NCBI GenBank assembly: GCA_964291235.2
Contig: OZ219815.1
Location: 288,001 to 352,000, forward strand
Reading direction: 5' to 3'
Source of the DNA: Vicinamibacteria bacterium
Lineage (GTDB): Bacteria > Acidobacteriota > Vicinamibacteria > Marinacidobacterales > Marinacidobacteraceae
DNA length: 64,000 nt
The position numbers and the translations under genes were made by a program. The notes below the pieces were generated by a model, which saw nothing but the letters and a program-made list of their open reading frames with translations, was not told where the DNA came from and did no database searches. Positions 35,467 to 45,058 of this stretch are shown here, piece after piece. The number at the start of each line of letters is the position of its first letter. Position 1 is the first letter of the stretch.

Positions 35467-37066
35467 TGACCTTCCTCGTAGCTCCGCTCCGGCGCGCGGC
35501 ACTCCGGCCACTCTTCGCCCTCCGGCAGCGCGCGCCGGTCCCGCGGCACGCCGTCGGTTCCGGATCCTCGGACGCCAGGTAGGCGAACATCGCGGTCATC
35601 ACCGCGTCGTCGCGGAGATCCTCGAACACGATCTTGTCGAAGCTGTCACGGTTGGTGTGCCAGGTGTAGGCGCTCGTATCCCAGCGGTTCTCGATCGGGG
35701 GATCGTCCAGCCCGGCCCCCACGTGGAAGCTGAACGCCGGCACCCCGGCGCAGAGGAAGGACGCGTGGTCCGTCCCGCCGGCTTCGGGCATGCCCGGAAT
35801 CTCCAGGGTGACGAGGTCGGACAGCTCGCCCGGGATCTTCGCGAGCCACTCCCCGAAGCGTCCGCCGGCCGCGGCGAACCCCTGCATGGGGATGAAGGTG
35901 ACCGGTCCCGTCCCATGGTCGATGTTGAACACGGTGTGGGTGGCGTCCAGGATCTCGGGGTGGTCCTCGACAAAGGCGCGCGACCCGTTCAGGCCCTGCT
36001 CCTCGCCGTTCCAGAGCGCGCCGAGGATCGTGCGGCGAGGGTTCGGGACCGCCGCCTTCAGAATGCGCATCGCCTCCATGATGGCGACCGCGCCGGTGCC
36101 GTTGTCGAGCGCCCCGGTCGAACCGTCCCAGGAGTCGTAGTGGCCGCCGAGGATCACGAACTCCTCGGGGTCCGCGGTGCCCGGGATCTTCGCGAAGGCG
36201 TTGAAGACGGACACCTCACCGAGGAATTCGGCCCTGGCGTCCACCCGCAGCACCGGCTCCTGGCCGTTCTCGGCCAGCCGATAGACCAGTCCGTACGCCT
36301 CGCAACTCAGGTCGAGGACCGGGGTCTGCTCCATGTTGGTGCCGAAGATCTTGTTCACGCCCCAGCCTTCGGACCACTGCGAGCGGATAATCCCGGCGGC
36401 CCCGGCGGCGTCCAGTGATTCCGGCAGGTCCCGCCTCTCGATGCCGGCACTCTCATAGCGGTCGCCCCAATTTTCGATCAGGGCTTCCCGCTCCCTGGCC
36501 AAGCGGGTGAGCGTCTCGGGCCGGGCGAACCACTCCAGGTTGTCCCGCGGGCGGCAGCTCGCCACCGGCGGCGAGATCAGCACGAACTTACCGCGCGCCT
36601 CCGGAAGCCACGCCTCGAACTCCTCGGAGCTCTCCGCGTCCGCGAGGATCACCACGCTCGCCTCGACCGGCCCGTCGGTGGCCGGGCTCCAGGCAGCCGC
36701 CATACCCTCGAGCGTGCGCACCCGCGGCGCAACGAGATCGATGTGGCTGATCCCCCGCTCCCAGCCCCGCCAGGTGCCGTACTGCTCCTTGTACGCCTCG
36801 ATGCCCCACTCCCCGAACGTCTCCACCGCCCAGTCGTTGGCGGCGGCCATGCCGGGCGAGCCGGTGAGACGCGGCCCGATCACGTCCATCATCACCTGGC
36901 CAAGCTCTCCCACCCGGGAGCGCTCGACGCCCTCCTCCCAGATCGCCCGGATCACCGGATCGTCATCCGGAAAGGACGGGCCGGCCGGCTCCTCTTCCTG
37001 ACCCGCCGCTGGGGCGGCAAGGAAGGTGAGCGAACCGGCCAGAACGAATCGCACCGTGCGCCGCAT
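35463..37066 (-). pseudogene. Secreted M28 (carboxypeptidase Q-like) peptidase with a frameshift near 35550
   Basis: IGPRLTGSPG, GGHYDSWD, GALDNGTG, WNGEEQGLNGS, GTDH, WHT..D. A likely native tail VPRDRRALPEGEEWPECRAPERSYEEGQ* lies in another frame and ends with an ATGA overlap on the M16 start. Confidence 0.75.
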
Positions 37067-37094
37067 TGCAAACCCCCGTCCGCGCCGAACCTTA

Positions 37095-37328
37095 TACGCC
37101 GTTTGGAGTCCCGCCTCGCTGAAGACCGCGGCCGAGGGCTATGCGAGGCGAGATGGCGTTTCGCGCAATCAGTTCATCGCCATGGCGCTCGCGGAGAAGA
37201 TCGGTGCGCAAGGTGCGGCGACGTTCTTCGCGGAACGGGCGCGCGGGGGCGCGGCGGCGGCAGCAATCGCCTTCCTCCGCTCGGCACCGGATGTCCCTCC
37301 CGAGGATGAGGACGGCTTGGCTCCGTAG
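37095..37328 (+). pseudogene. HicB-like/RHH antitoxin remnant without a clear start codon
   Basis: SLKTAAEGYARRDGVSRNQFIAMALAEKIGA...FFAERA...APDVPP; 5' end degenerate; no toxin adjacent. Confidence 0.6.
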
Positions 37329-37384
37329 CCACTCATTGCAATCCGCCGACCGTCGCCGTACTTTCTCCGACTGACCCCATCCCC

Positions 37385-38149
37385 ATGCGTCTCGCCGGCA
37401 AACGCGCTCTCGTCACCGGCGGTTCGCGCAGCATCGGCCGGGCCATCGCGCTCGGGCTCGCCCGCGAGGGAGCGGACGTGGCGGTGGGCTACCGGAAAAG
37501 CCCCGAGGACGCCGGGAGCGCTATGCGCGAGATCGAGGCGCTGGGGCGCCGGGCCTGCGCCGTCCAGGGTTCCACCGACTCCGCAGCGGACGTCGAGCGC
37601 TTCGTCGCCGAGGCCCACGACGCCCTGGGCGGACTCGACATCCTGGTGAACAACGCCGGGGTCCTGAAGCGCACGCCGCTCCTCGAGATCACCGAGGAGG
37701 AGTGGGACGCGATCCTGGACGTGAACCTGAAGGGCTACTTCCTGGTCGCGCAGGCGGTGGCGCGCCGCATGGTCGAGGACGGGACACCGGGCGCGATCGT
37801 CAACGTGTCCTCCGCCGGACAGGCGGTTGCGGCCCCGAACCTGACGCACTACTGCGTATCGAAGGCCGGGGTCGAGATGCTCACCAAGCAACTGGCGCTC
37901 GAGCTGGCGTCCCACAAGATCCGGGTAAACGCCATCGCGCCGGGGTTGATCGAGACCGACATGAACCGGACCGACATCGCCCAGGAAGACTTCCGCACGC
38001 GCCGGCTCGCCCGCATCCCGCTCCGGGAGATCGGCGAGCCGGACGATCTGGTGGGGTCCGTGGTGTACCTCGCGTCGAACGACGAGGCGCGCCTCGTCAC
38101 CGGCGCCACCCTCTTCATCGACGCCGGCCAGACCATCTGGGGCGCCTGA
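37385..38149 (+). CDS. Classical SDR oxidoreductase (FabG/glucose 1-dehydrogenase-like)
   Basis: VTGGSRSIG, LVNNAG, YCVSK, IRVNAIAPG, VTGATLFIDAG. Confidence 0.9.
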   Translation: MRLAGKRALVTGGSRSIGRAIALGLAREGADVAVGYRKSPEDAGSAMREIEALGRRACAVQGSTDSAADVERFVAEAHDALGGLDILVNNAGVLKRTPLLEITEEEWDAILDVNLKGYFLVAQAVARRMVEDGTPGAIVNVSSAGQAVAAPNLTHYCVSKAGVEMLTKQLALELASHKIRVNAIAPGLIETDMNRTDIAQEDFRTRRLARIPLREIGEPDDLVGSVVYLASNDEARLVTGATLFIDAGQTIWGA

Positions 38150-38163
38150 TCGCCGGAAACCGC

Positions 38164-38322
38164 GTGAACCGACGCATTCAGATCCGCAATGTCCCGCCAG
38201 CGACCCACCGGGCCCTGAAGGCACGCGCCGCCGCCCAAGGATTCACTATGTCGTCCTATCTGCTCCGGATGGTGACCGAAGCGGCGGCGCCCCGCCTTCC
38301 CATTGACGTCGGGCGCGTCTGA
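38164..38322 (+). CDS. Small FitA-like ribbon-helix-helix antitoxin/regulator (orphan)
   Basis: GTG start; IQIRNVPPATHRALKARAAAQGFTMSSYLL. Confidence 0.65.
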   Translation: MNRRIQIRNVPPATHRALKARAAAQGFTMSSYLLRMVTEAAAPRLPIDVGRV

Positions 38323-38347
38323 GGCAAGGACCCATCCGCCGCGGTTC

Positions 38348-39427
38348 GTGAACGCCTTCACGCGGCCGGCTCGGCGCAGTCTGGCGCTGGCAGCAACAGT
38401 CCTGTTGTCGTCGTGCGGGTATCCCGGGTCCGGCAACTCCGGCGCGCCCACCTGGACGGCCCGTTTCTCCCACGTGCTCTCGACCGGCTCGGAGTTCCAC
38501 CTGATGGCGGAGCGCTTCCGGGACCTCATGGACGAGCGCACCGGCGGGCGATTCCGGGTGGCCATCTATCCGTCGGCGCAACTCGGCGGCGAGCGCGTGG
38601 CCTTCGAGCAGATCCAGGCGGGCGCGGTGCAGGTGGCCATCACGGGCACCCCGGTGCTCTCGGGCTGGGTTCCCGAGACCCAGGTGTTCGATCTCCCGTT
38701 CCTGTTCGAGACCCGGGACCACGGACTCTCGGTGATGAACGGCCCCGTCGGGGACTGGTGGCGCGATCTCCTCCTCGAGCGCACCGGGGTCCGCTCGCTC
38801 GGCTTCCTCGACTACGGGTTCCGCCACGTGTACAACCGGCGGCGGCCGGTCGCGGCGCCCGGGGACCTCGCCGGCCTCAAGCTCCGGGTGCTGCAGAACG
38901 CGACGTATCTCGCGGCGTATTCGGCGCTCGGGGTCCAGGCGACGCCGATGAACTACGGCGAGGTCTATTCGGCGCTCCAGCAGGGCGTGATCGACGGCGG
39001 GGAGGCGAACGCCATCGGTTTCGCGAGCAGCCGGCTCTACGAAGTGGCCCGCTTCTACAGCTTCACCTCCATCACCTACAACCCGATCACCCTGCTGGTG
39101 AACGAGCCGTTCTATCGGGCGCTTCCTCCGGACGTCCGGGAGACCGTGGACCGCTCCGCGGCGGACGCGCTCGCCTACCAGAGCGAGGTCGCGCGCCGGA
39201 TGGAGGCGGAGGCGCTCGCCGAGATGCGCGCGGCCGGGGTGGAGATCGTCCGCCCGAACCTCGCGCCCTTCGTCCCGGCGGTCCGGCCATCCGTCTGGGA
39301 CGAGCTGGCCGACCGGCTGCCGGACGGCGAGGCGCTGATCGCGCGGCTGGTGGCGGAAGGAGCGCCCGCCTCCAGGCCCCAATCACCCCCACCGCGCCCA
39401 TCCAACCGGGGACGACGCAACGAATGA
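38348..39427 (+). CDS. dctP: TRAP transporter substrate-binding protein; start uncertain
   Basis: IYPSAQLGGE, FDLPFLF, GFRHV, DLAGLKLRV, TPMNYGEVYSALQQGVIDGGE; LLSSC lipobox. Confidence 0.9.
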   Translation: MNAFTRPARRSLALAATVLLSSCGYPGSGNSGAPTWTARFSHVLSTGSEFHLMAERFRDLMDERTGGRFRVAIYPSAQLGGERVAFEQIQAGAVQVAITGTPVLSGWVPETQVFDLPFLFETRDHGLSVMNGPVGDWWRDLLLERTGVRSLGFLDYGFRHVYNRRRPVAAPGDLAGLKLRVLQNATYLAAYSALGVQATPMNYGEVYSALQQGVIDGGEANAIGFASSRLYEVARFYSFTSITYNPITLLVNEPFYRALPPDVRETVDRSAADALAYQSEVARRMEAEALAEMRAAGVEIVRPNLAPFVPAVRPSVWDELADRLPDGEALIARLVAEGAPASRPQSPPPRPSNRGRRNE

Positions 39428-39888
39428 AGCGGTTGAACCGGACCCTCGTCGCCCTCGAGACCTGGGCCGCGGGCGCGCTCGTGATCGCCGTCTGCGCCGT
39501 CGTCCTCCTCCAGGTGCTGATGCGCTACCTCTTCGCCGAGCCGAATCCGTGGAGCGAGGAGGTCTCGCGCTTCGCCTTCATCTGGGTGTCGCTGCTCGGC
39601 GCCTCGCTGGCGGTGGAGCACCGAGCCCACTTCGGCTTCGACCAGGTCACGAAGAAGCTCGCCCCGCGCCCGCGCCGGGTGGCGGAGACATTCGCGCAGG
39701 CGGTGGTGGCGTTGTTCGCCCTCGTCCTCATCGGCACCGGGATCGCCCTCATGGACCTCACCCTGGGTGAGCGCTCGCCGGCGCTGAACCTGCCGATCGC
39801 GCTCGTCTATGCCGCGGCGCCGGTGTCCGGGCTGCTGATGGTCATCCACCTGCTGGCGCGGCGGGGCGGCGACCGGGAAACCGGCTGA
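39424..39888 (+). CDS. dctQ: TRAP transporter small permease
   Basis: QVLMRYLF..PWSEEVSRFAFIW..LGAS; 4 TM helices; ATGA overlap. Confidence 0.9.
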   Translation: MKRLNRTLVALETWAAGALVIAVCAVVLLQVLMRYLFAEPNPWSEEVSRFAFIWVSLLGASLAVEHRAHFGFDQVTKKLAPRPRRVAETFAQAVVALFALVLIGTGIALMDLTLGERSPALNLPIALVYAAAPVSGLLMVIHLLARRGGDRETG

Positions 39889-41162
39889 TGGGCGGCCTCC
39901 TCATCGGCGCCTTCGGGGCCCTCGTGGTCGCCGCGGTGCCCATCGGCTTCGCGCTCGCCAGCGCCGCCGTGCTCGCCATCGTGGCGGCAGACCTCCCGCT
40001 CGTCATCATCCCGCAGCAGATCGTCGCGGGAATGGACTCCTTCCCGATGCTCGCGGTGCCGCTCTTCATCCTGGCCGGCTTCCTCATGGACGTCGGGGGG
40101 ATCAGCCGCCGCCTGGTGACGCTCGCCCGGTCGCTGGTGGGACACCTTCCCGGCGGGCTCGGGCAGGTGGTCATCCTGGCCGAGATGTTCTTCTCGGGAG
40201 TTTCGGGCTCCACCTCCGCGGATGCGGCCGCCATCGGGGGCATCATGGTGCCTCAGCTCACCGCGAACGGATACAGCCGGGAGCGCTCCACCGCGATCGT
40301 CTCGGCGGCATGCGGGATGGGGATCCTGATTCCGCCGGCCATCGTGATGGTCATCTACGGCGTCATCGGCGGCGTCTCCATCGGCGCCCTGTTCGTCGCT
40401 TCCATCGCCCCGGCGCTCCTCATCGCCGCGGGCCTGATGATCCAGATCGGCTGGCAGGCGCGGCAGCAGGGATGGCCGGCCGGCGAGCGCGCCTCCTTCG
40501 CCGACGTCCGCCGGGCGGGGATCGACGCCCTGCTCCCCCTCTTCATGATCGTGGTCATCCTGGGCGGGATCCGCTTCGGCCTCTTCACGCCCACCGAGGC
40601 CGCGGCGGTCGCGGTCGCCTACGCGCTGCTCCTGGCGGGGCCGGTGTACCGGTCCCTCACGGCCAAGGACCTCTGGAGCAAGGTCGTGCAGACCGCCGTG
40701 GTGTCCGGAATGGTGCTCTTCGTGGTCGGCGCGGCGCGCCTGCTGGGCTGGGTCCTCGCCATAGAGGAAGTGCCCCAGGCGCTCGCGTCCTCGGTGGTGG
40801 GGCTCGGAGGCGGCGCGGCCGGCTTCCTGATCCTCACGATCCTGGTCTTCCTCCCCCTCGGGGCCATTCTCGAGGGGGTGCCCGCAGTGGTCATGCTGAC
40901 CCCGATCCTGCTACCCATCGCCCGGCAGCTCGGGATCGACCCGGTGCACTACGGCGCCGTCATCGTGGCGACCCAGGGGATCTCGGTGTTCCTGCCGCCC
41001 GTCGGGGTGAGCCTGCTGGTGGCCTGCTCCGTCGGAGGGGTCGAACCCGCGAAGGTGGCCCGCCCGCTCTGGCCCTACCTGGCGCTCATGCTGGCGCTGA
41101 CGCTGGTGATCGCCTTCCTGCCGGGCGTGGTGCTCTTCCTCCCCAACCTGCTCGGGTACTGA
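39888..41162 (+). CDS. dctM: TRAP transporter large permease
   Basis: SFPMLAVPLFILAG, FSGVSGSTSADAAAIG, ILIPP, FTPTEAAAVAV, GIDPVHYG. Confidence 0.93.
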   Translation: MGGLLIGAFGALVVAAVPIGFALASAAVLAIVAADLPLVIIPQQIVAGMDSFPMLAVPLFILAGFLMDVGGISRRLVTLARSLVGHLPGGLGQVVILAEMFFSGVSGSTSADAAAIGGIMVPQLTANGYSRERSTAIVSAACGMGILIPPAIVMVIYGVIGGVSIGALFVASIAPALLIAAGLMIQIGWQARQQGWPAGERASFADVRRAGIDALLPLFMIVVILGGIRFGLFTPTEAAAVAVAYALLLAGPVYRSLTAKDLWSKVVQTAVVSGMVLFVVGAARLLGWVLAIEEVPQALASSVVGLGGGAAGFLILTILVFLPLGAILEGVPAVVMLTPILLPIARQLGIDPVHYGAVIVATQGISVFLPPVGVSLLVACSVGGVEPAKVARPLWPYLALMLALTLVIAFLPGVVLFLPNLLGY

Positions 41163-41229
41163 GGACGTCCGCCCGTCCGGGCCCGTTTGGCGTCAGCCAC
41201 ACCTGCCGGTCGGGCGGGGAACCGATGCG

Positions 41230-42633
41230 TCAGGTCTGCCGGGTCCGGTTCTCGCCTTCCTGCCGTCTCCAGAGCGCGTAGGTGGCGCTCGGTGTGCCTC
41301 CGTCCTGTCGCCGGGAGCCCTGCACGTTGAAGAACAGCACCCGGCCGTCCGGGCTGAAGCACGAGCCCGCGAACTCGCGACTTCCACCCCGGACGAGGTT
41401 CACGATCGCTCCCTTCCGGTCGAGCTCCCGGATGTACTGGTCGCCGCTCCCGTCTTCGCACAACAACAACCCGCCGTGCGGGCTCAACACGATGTTGTCG
41501 GGGCTGTCCAGGATGTCCGGCGAGGGCGACTCGAAGACCAGCCTCAACTCCCCTGCCTCGGCCGAAGTGGGCAGGTAGTGGAACACCTGTCCCGCACCCG
41601 CGTCTCCTCCGCTCGTGGACACGAAGTAGATGCCGTCGTCCCCGGGGAAAGCGCCTTCGAGCCGCACGAATCGCGCCGCGCCCGCCGCGAAACCCTGACC
41701 GGAGACGTCCTGGTCGGGATCGGCGATGTCAACCCAGTGCACGGGCCACACGGCTCCCTGCTTCTGGCCCTGGCTGGTCACGTACTGCGGCTTTTCCGTC
41801 ACCGCGATCATCTGAAGTCTGCCGCCGGCGGAGAGCACTCCGGGAGTGTCGGGGATGAAGCGATAGAAGCCCGCTTCGTTGTCCCACCTGTCCTCGGTCT
41901 GGTAAACGATCCCCGTCGCCGGATCCACCGCTACCGCCTCGTGTACGAAGCGTCCCATGGCGCGCAGCGGAACGGGGTCCACCGGACCCGTCGCGTGCAC
42001 CGGGACCTCGAAGACGTACCCGTGGGGTTTCTCGAAGCCTGACTCCGGCCCGTAGAGGGTCTCCTCGCACGACAGCCAGCTGCCCCATGGGGTGGGACCG
42101 CCGGCGCAGTTGACGATCGTGCCCGCGAGCGAGACGAACTCGTCGACGAGTTCAACGGCCAGCTCCCCGTCTTCCACCGAAATCCGGACCTCCAGCGACG
42201 TGGTCCCGCCGCTCGCCCGGCCGTCATAGTGGGGATCCCCGGCGGGGATTCCCACGTCCGCGGAGTCGCCCATCTCGTGGTTGCGGATCAGGCGGACGTT
42301 GCCGCCCGGCAGCGGAAAGGCGGCCATGCCGTCGAACGCGTTGGGAACGACCAGACCGTCTCTGACGGAGGACGCCAGCCCTCCCGAACTGAGGCGGATG
42401 CAGCGGAAGAGTTCGGGAATCTCGAGTTCGGGGCAGTCCGGACTTCTGACCAGGTCGCCGTACAGCCCGTTGAACGGACTGTCGGAAGGCTCGTCCGGGA
42501 CGAGAGGCAGCGCCCGAGAGCTCGGAGACGCGTTCCTCGTACACGCGACCAGCCCCGCCAGGGACGGCGTAACGAGCGCGGTTCCGCTGGCGGAAGCGAG
42601 CTTCTTCAGGAACGTGCGGCGCGCGACGGGCAT
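41230..42633 (-). CDS. phoX: PhoX-family (DUF839) alkaline phosphatase, Tat-exported
   Basis: Tat leader ARRTFLKK; DGMAAF, LIRNHE, NCAGGPTPWGSWLSCEE, MGRFVHEA, DSPDNI, LCEDG, EFAGSCFSPDG. Confidence 0.85.
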   Translation of the reverse strand: MPVARRTFLKKLASASGTALVTPSLAGLVACTRNASPSSRALPLVPDEPSDSPFNGLYGDLVRSPDCPELEIPELFRCIRLSSGGLASSVRDGLVVPNAFDGMAAFPLPGGNVRLIRNHEMGDSADVGIPAGDPHYDGRASGGTTSLEVRISVEDGELAVELVDEFVSLAGTIVNCAGGPTPWGSWLSCEETLYGPESGFEKPHGYVFEVPVHATGPVDPVPLRAMGRFVHEAVAVDPATGIVYQTEDRWDNEAGFYRFIPDTPGVLSAGGRLQMIAVTEKPQYVTSQGQKQGAVWPVHWVDIADPDQDVSGQGFAAGAARFVRLEGAFPGDDGIYFVSTSGGDAGAGQVFHYLPTSAEAGELRLVFESPSPDILDSPDNIVLSPHGGLLLCEDGSGDQYIRELDRKGAIVNLVRGGSREFAGSCFSPDGRVLFFNVQGSRRQDGGTPSATYALWRRQEGENRTRQT

Positions 42634-42837
42634 GAACGATTCCCCCTTCATCCGGCTCAGCACAGTCAATTGGTACCGACATTCTCCACACAACGATCCG
42701 AGGATCGCGTTCCTGCCGGACCTGGCGGCCGGTGGCGAGATCCTCGCGCCCCACTTCTCGGCGCTCGCGGGGGGTTCGCCATAGGCTGCTAGTACTGTCC
42801 CGCCGGGCGGGCTCGACCACCGAGGAGGGCGAAGCGC

Positions 42838-44220
42838 ATGGTGACGGACCTGTTCCTCGATTTCGCCCTGATTTCCGGCCTGCTGGTGGTCGCGCACCTC
42901 CTCCGGACGTGGGTGAACTTCTTCCAGACCGTGTTCCTGCCCACCCCGATCCTGGCCGGGCTGCTCGGGCTCGCCGCGGGACCCGAGGGTCTGGACCTCC
43001 TCCCGTTCGCGCGGGACGCGGCCGGCGCACCGGTGATGACGCGGTATCCGGGCGAGCTGGTCGTGGTGCTCTTCGCCACCCTCTTCATGGGCTGGCGTCC
43101 GCAGGCGCCGCGTTTCCGGGAGATGCTGCGGGACGCGGGAGACACGTTCTTCTACAACCTCTCGGCCTGGATCGGCCAGTTCGGTCTCGCGCTCCTGTTC
43201 GCGGGCGCGATCCTCATCCCGCTCTTCGAGGGGGTGGGCGGGCCCTTCGCCCTGATGCTTCCCGCCGGTTTCGTCGGCGGCCACGGCACCGCCACCGCGG
43301 TCGGATCCATCCTCGCCGACCAGGGAATCCCCGACGCCATCCCGGTCGGATACACCTTCGCCACCATCGGACTCCTGGCGGCCGTGTTCGGCGGCGTCGC
43401 CGCGATCAACCTGGCGACCCGGGCGGGCTGGACCCGCCTCGTCTCCAGTCCGCATGAGCTTCCCGAAGACCAGCGGCGGGGCCTGATCGCCCCCGAAAAC
43501 GCGCGGGACGCCGTGAAGGAGACCGTCAGCCCGCTCGCCCTCGACACCCTTTCCTGGCATTTCGGACTTGTCCTGCTCGCCTACGGGGCCGCCCACGCCG
43601 CCAGTTGGATGCTCCGCTCGGCGGGAGGCTTCTTCACCGCCCTGCCCATGTTCGCGCTCGCCGTCATCGCCGGCGCGCTGATCCAGACCCTGCTCAACCG
43701 GCTGGGCGTGGGCCGGAACGTGGACCGGGGGACGATGGCGCGCATCGGATCGTCGGTCTCCGATTTTCTGGTGGCCTTCGGGATCGCGTCCATACCGCTC
43801 TCGACGGTGGCGGCGTACGCGGCGCCCATCCTCGTGATGTCGGCCTTCGGCTTCGCCCACGCGGCTCTCATCACCTGGTGGATCGCCCGCCGGACGTTTC
43901 ACAACTATTGGTTCGAGCGAGGCCTCTTCACCTTCGGGTACACGACCGGGGTGGTGGCGATGGGGATCGCGCTCCTCCGCGTGGTGGACCCCCACGGGAA
44001 ATCCGCCACGCTCGACGACTACGGCGTGGCGTACCTCCCCATCGCGGTGGTCGAGATCGCGATCCTCTCCACGCTCCCGCTGTGGATCGCCACCGGCGCC
44101 GTCTGGCTGCCGGGCCTGCTGCTGACGGCATTCGCTGCCGCGCTGCTGCTGATCTCCTGGAAGACGATCGGGTTCTTCCCGTCCGATCCAAGGACCCGCC
44201 GGACCGGAGAACCCGGGTAG
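42838..44220 (+). CDS. Sodium:glutamate symporter (GltS-like) family protein
   Basis: FLPTPILAG, GFVGGHGTA, FATIGLL, FGYTTG..A.GIALLRVVDP; about 12 TM helices. Confidence 0.82.
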   Translation: MVTDLFLDFALISGLLVVAHLLRTWVNFFQTVFLPTPILAGLLGLAAGPEGLDLLPFARDAAGAPVMTRYPGELVVVLFATLFMGWRPQAPRFREMLRDAGDTFFYNLSAWIGQFGLALLFAGAILIPLFEGVGGPFALMLPAGFVGGHGTATAVGSILADQGIPDAIPVGYTFATIGLLAAVFGGVAAINLATRAGWTRLVSSPHELPEDQRRGLIAPENARDAVKETVSPLALDTLSWHFGLVLLAYGAAHAASWMLRSAGGFFTALPMFALAVIAGALIQTLLNRLGVGRNVDRGTMARIGSSVSDFLVAFGIASIPLSTVAAYAAPILVMSAFGFAHAALITWWIARRTFHNYWFERGLFTFGYTTGVVAMGIALLRVVDPHGKSATLDDYGVAYLPIAVVEIAILSTLPLWIATGAVWLPGLLLTAFAAALLLISWKTIGFFPSDPRTRRTGEPG

Positions 44221-44264
44221 GCAGTTGGGCACCGCTCGGCTCTTGGTCCTGTCTTCGCCTCAGC

Positions 44265-44291
44265 TATGATTCCGGCAACGTTTCCGGCAAC
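44265..44291 (+). promoter_or_regulatory. Promoter/operator of the TA operon: TATGAT -10 box and two ttccggcaac direct repeats
   Basis: TATGAT at 44265-44270; ttccggcaac at 44270-44279 and 44282-44291, directly before the ATG. Confidence 0.5.
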
Positions 44292-44612
44292 ATGCCCAAC
44301 GACTCCAGCGATCGCACCTCCACCTCGCGCGTCCAACGTCATCGCCTCCGGGCTTCGGCGCGCGGGACCACCCGAGTCGAGGTTTCAATTCCTCTGCAGG
44401 ATGCCCCACTCCTGCGATCCGTTGCCAGGACGCTCCGTGAGGATGAGCGCGGTGCGTCCCGTCTGCGGCGGCTGCTGGAATCCGAGATCGTGCACGCTCC
44501 GGCGGCGACCGGTGCCGAACTTGTGGACTTCCTGCTCGGTTCGCCACTCCGCGAAGTGGAACTTGAACTCAGTCGGGACCGCTCTTCGGGACGGCCGGTC
44601 GATTTCGAGTGA
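44292..44612 (+). CDS. Putative antitoxin of the PIN toxin
   Basis: Small gene with GTGA overlap on vapC; RVQRHRLR...RVEVSIP N-terminus; acidic C-terminus LVDFLLGSPL..ELELSRDRSSGRPVDFE. Confidence 0.7.
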   Translation: MPNDSSDRTSTSRVQRHRLRASARGTTRVEVSIPLQDAPLLRSVARTLREDERGASRLRRLLESEIVHAPAATGAELVDFLLGSPLREVELELSRDRSSGRPVDFE

Positions 44613-45058
44613 ACGGGTTCCTCCTGGACACGAACGTCATCAGCGAGACGGTTCGGCCCCGGCCCGAGCCGCGGGTCCTGAACTGGTTTCGCGAGCGGAC
44701 GCCTCGGGACCTCTTCCTTTCCGCCGTCACGCTTGGCGAGTTGGTCCGGGGAGCCCGGAGGCTGGATGACCCGGCCCGATCCCTGCGCTACCGGCAGTGG
44801 ATCACTCAGGACCTGACTCGTCAGTTCGACGGACGAATCCTGGCGTTCGACGATCGGGCCGCCGCCATCTGGGGCGAAATCATGGCTGCCGGCGATCAGG
44901 CCGGATACCCGCGGCCCGCCCTCGACGCCCAGATCGCGGCGATTGCCCGACGCTACGACCTGACCTTGGCTACCCGGAATACGAGGGATTTCCGGAATAT
45001 GCATCTCCCGTTGGTGAATCCCTGGCGGGACGGAACCGCGCAAACAGTCAGTACTTGA
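44609..45058 (+). CDS. vapC: VapC/PIN-domain toxin
   Basis: FLLDTNVISE, SAVTLGEL..G, DAQIAAIA, LATRNTRDF. Confidence 0.93.
   Translation: MNGFLLDTNVISETVRPRPEPRVLNWFRERTPRDLFLSAVTLGELVRGARRLDDPARSLRYRQWITQDLTRQFDGRILAFDDRAAAIWGEIMAAGDQAGYPRPALDAQIAAIARRYDLTLATRNTRDFRNMHLPLVNPWRDGTAQTVST

Noticed and set aside
42634-44232. 1000-aa ORF suggesting a PhoX fusion
   Set aside because: The upstream part is antisense to the GltS-like gene; the Tat leader marks the start at 42633.
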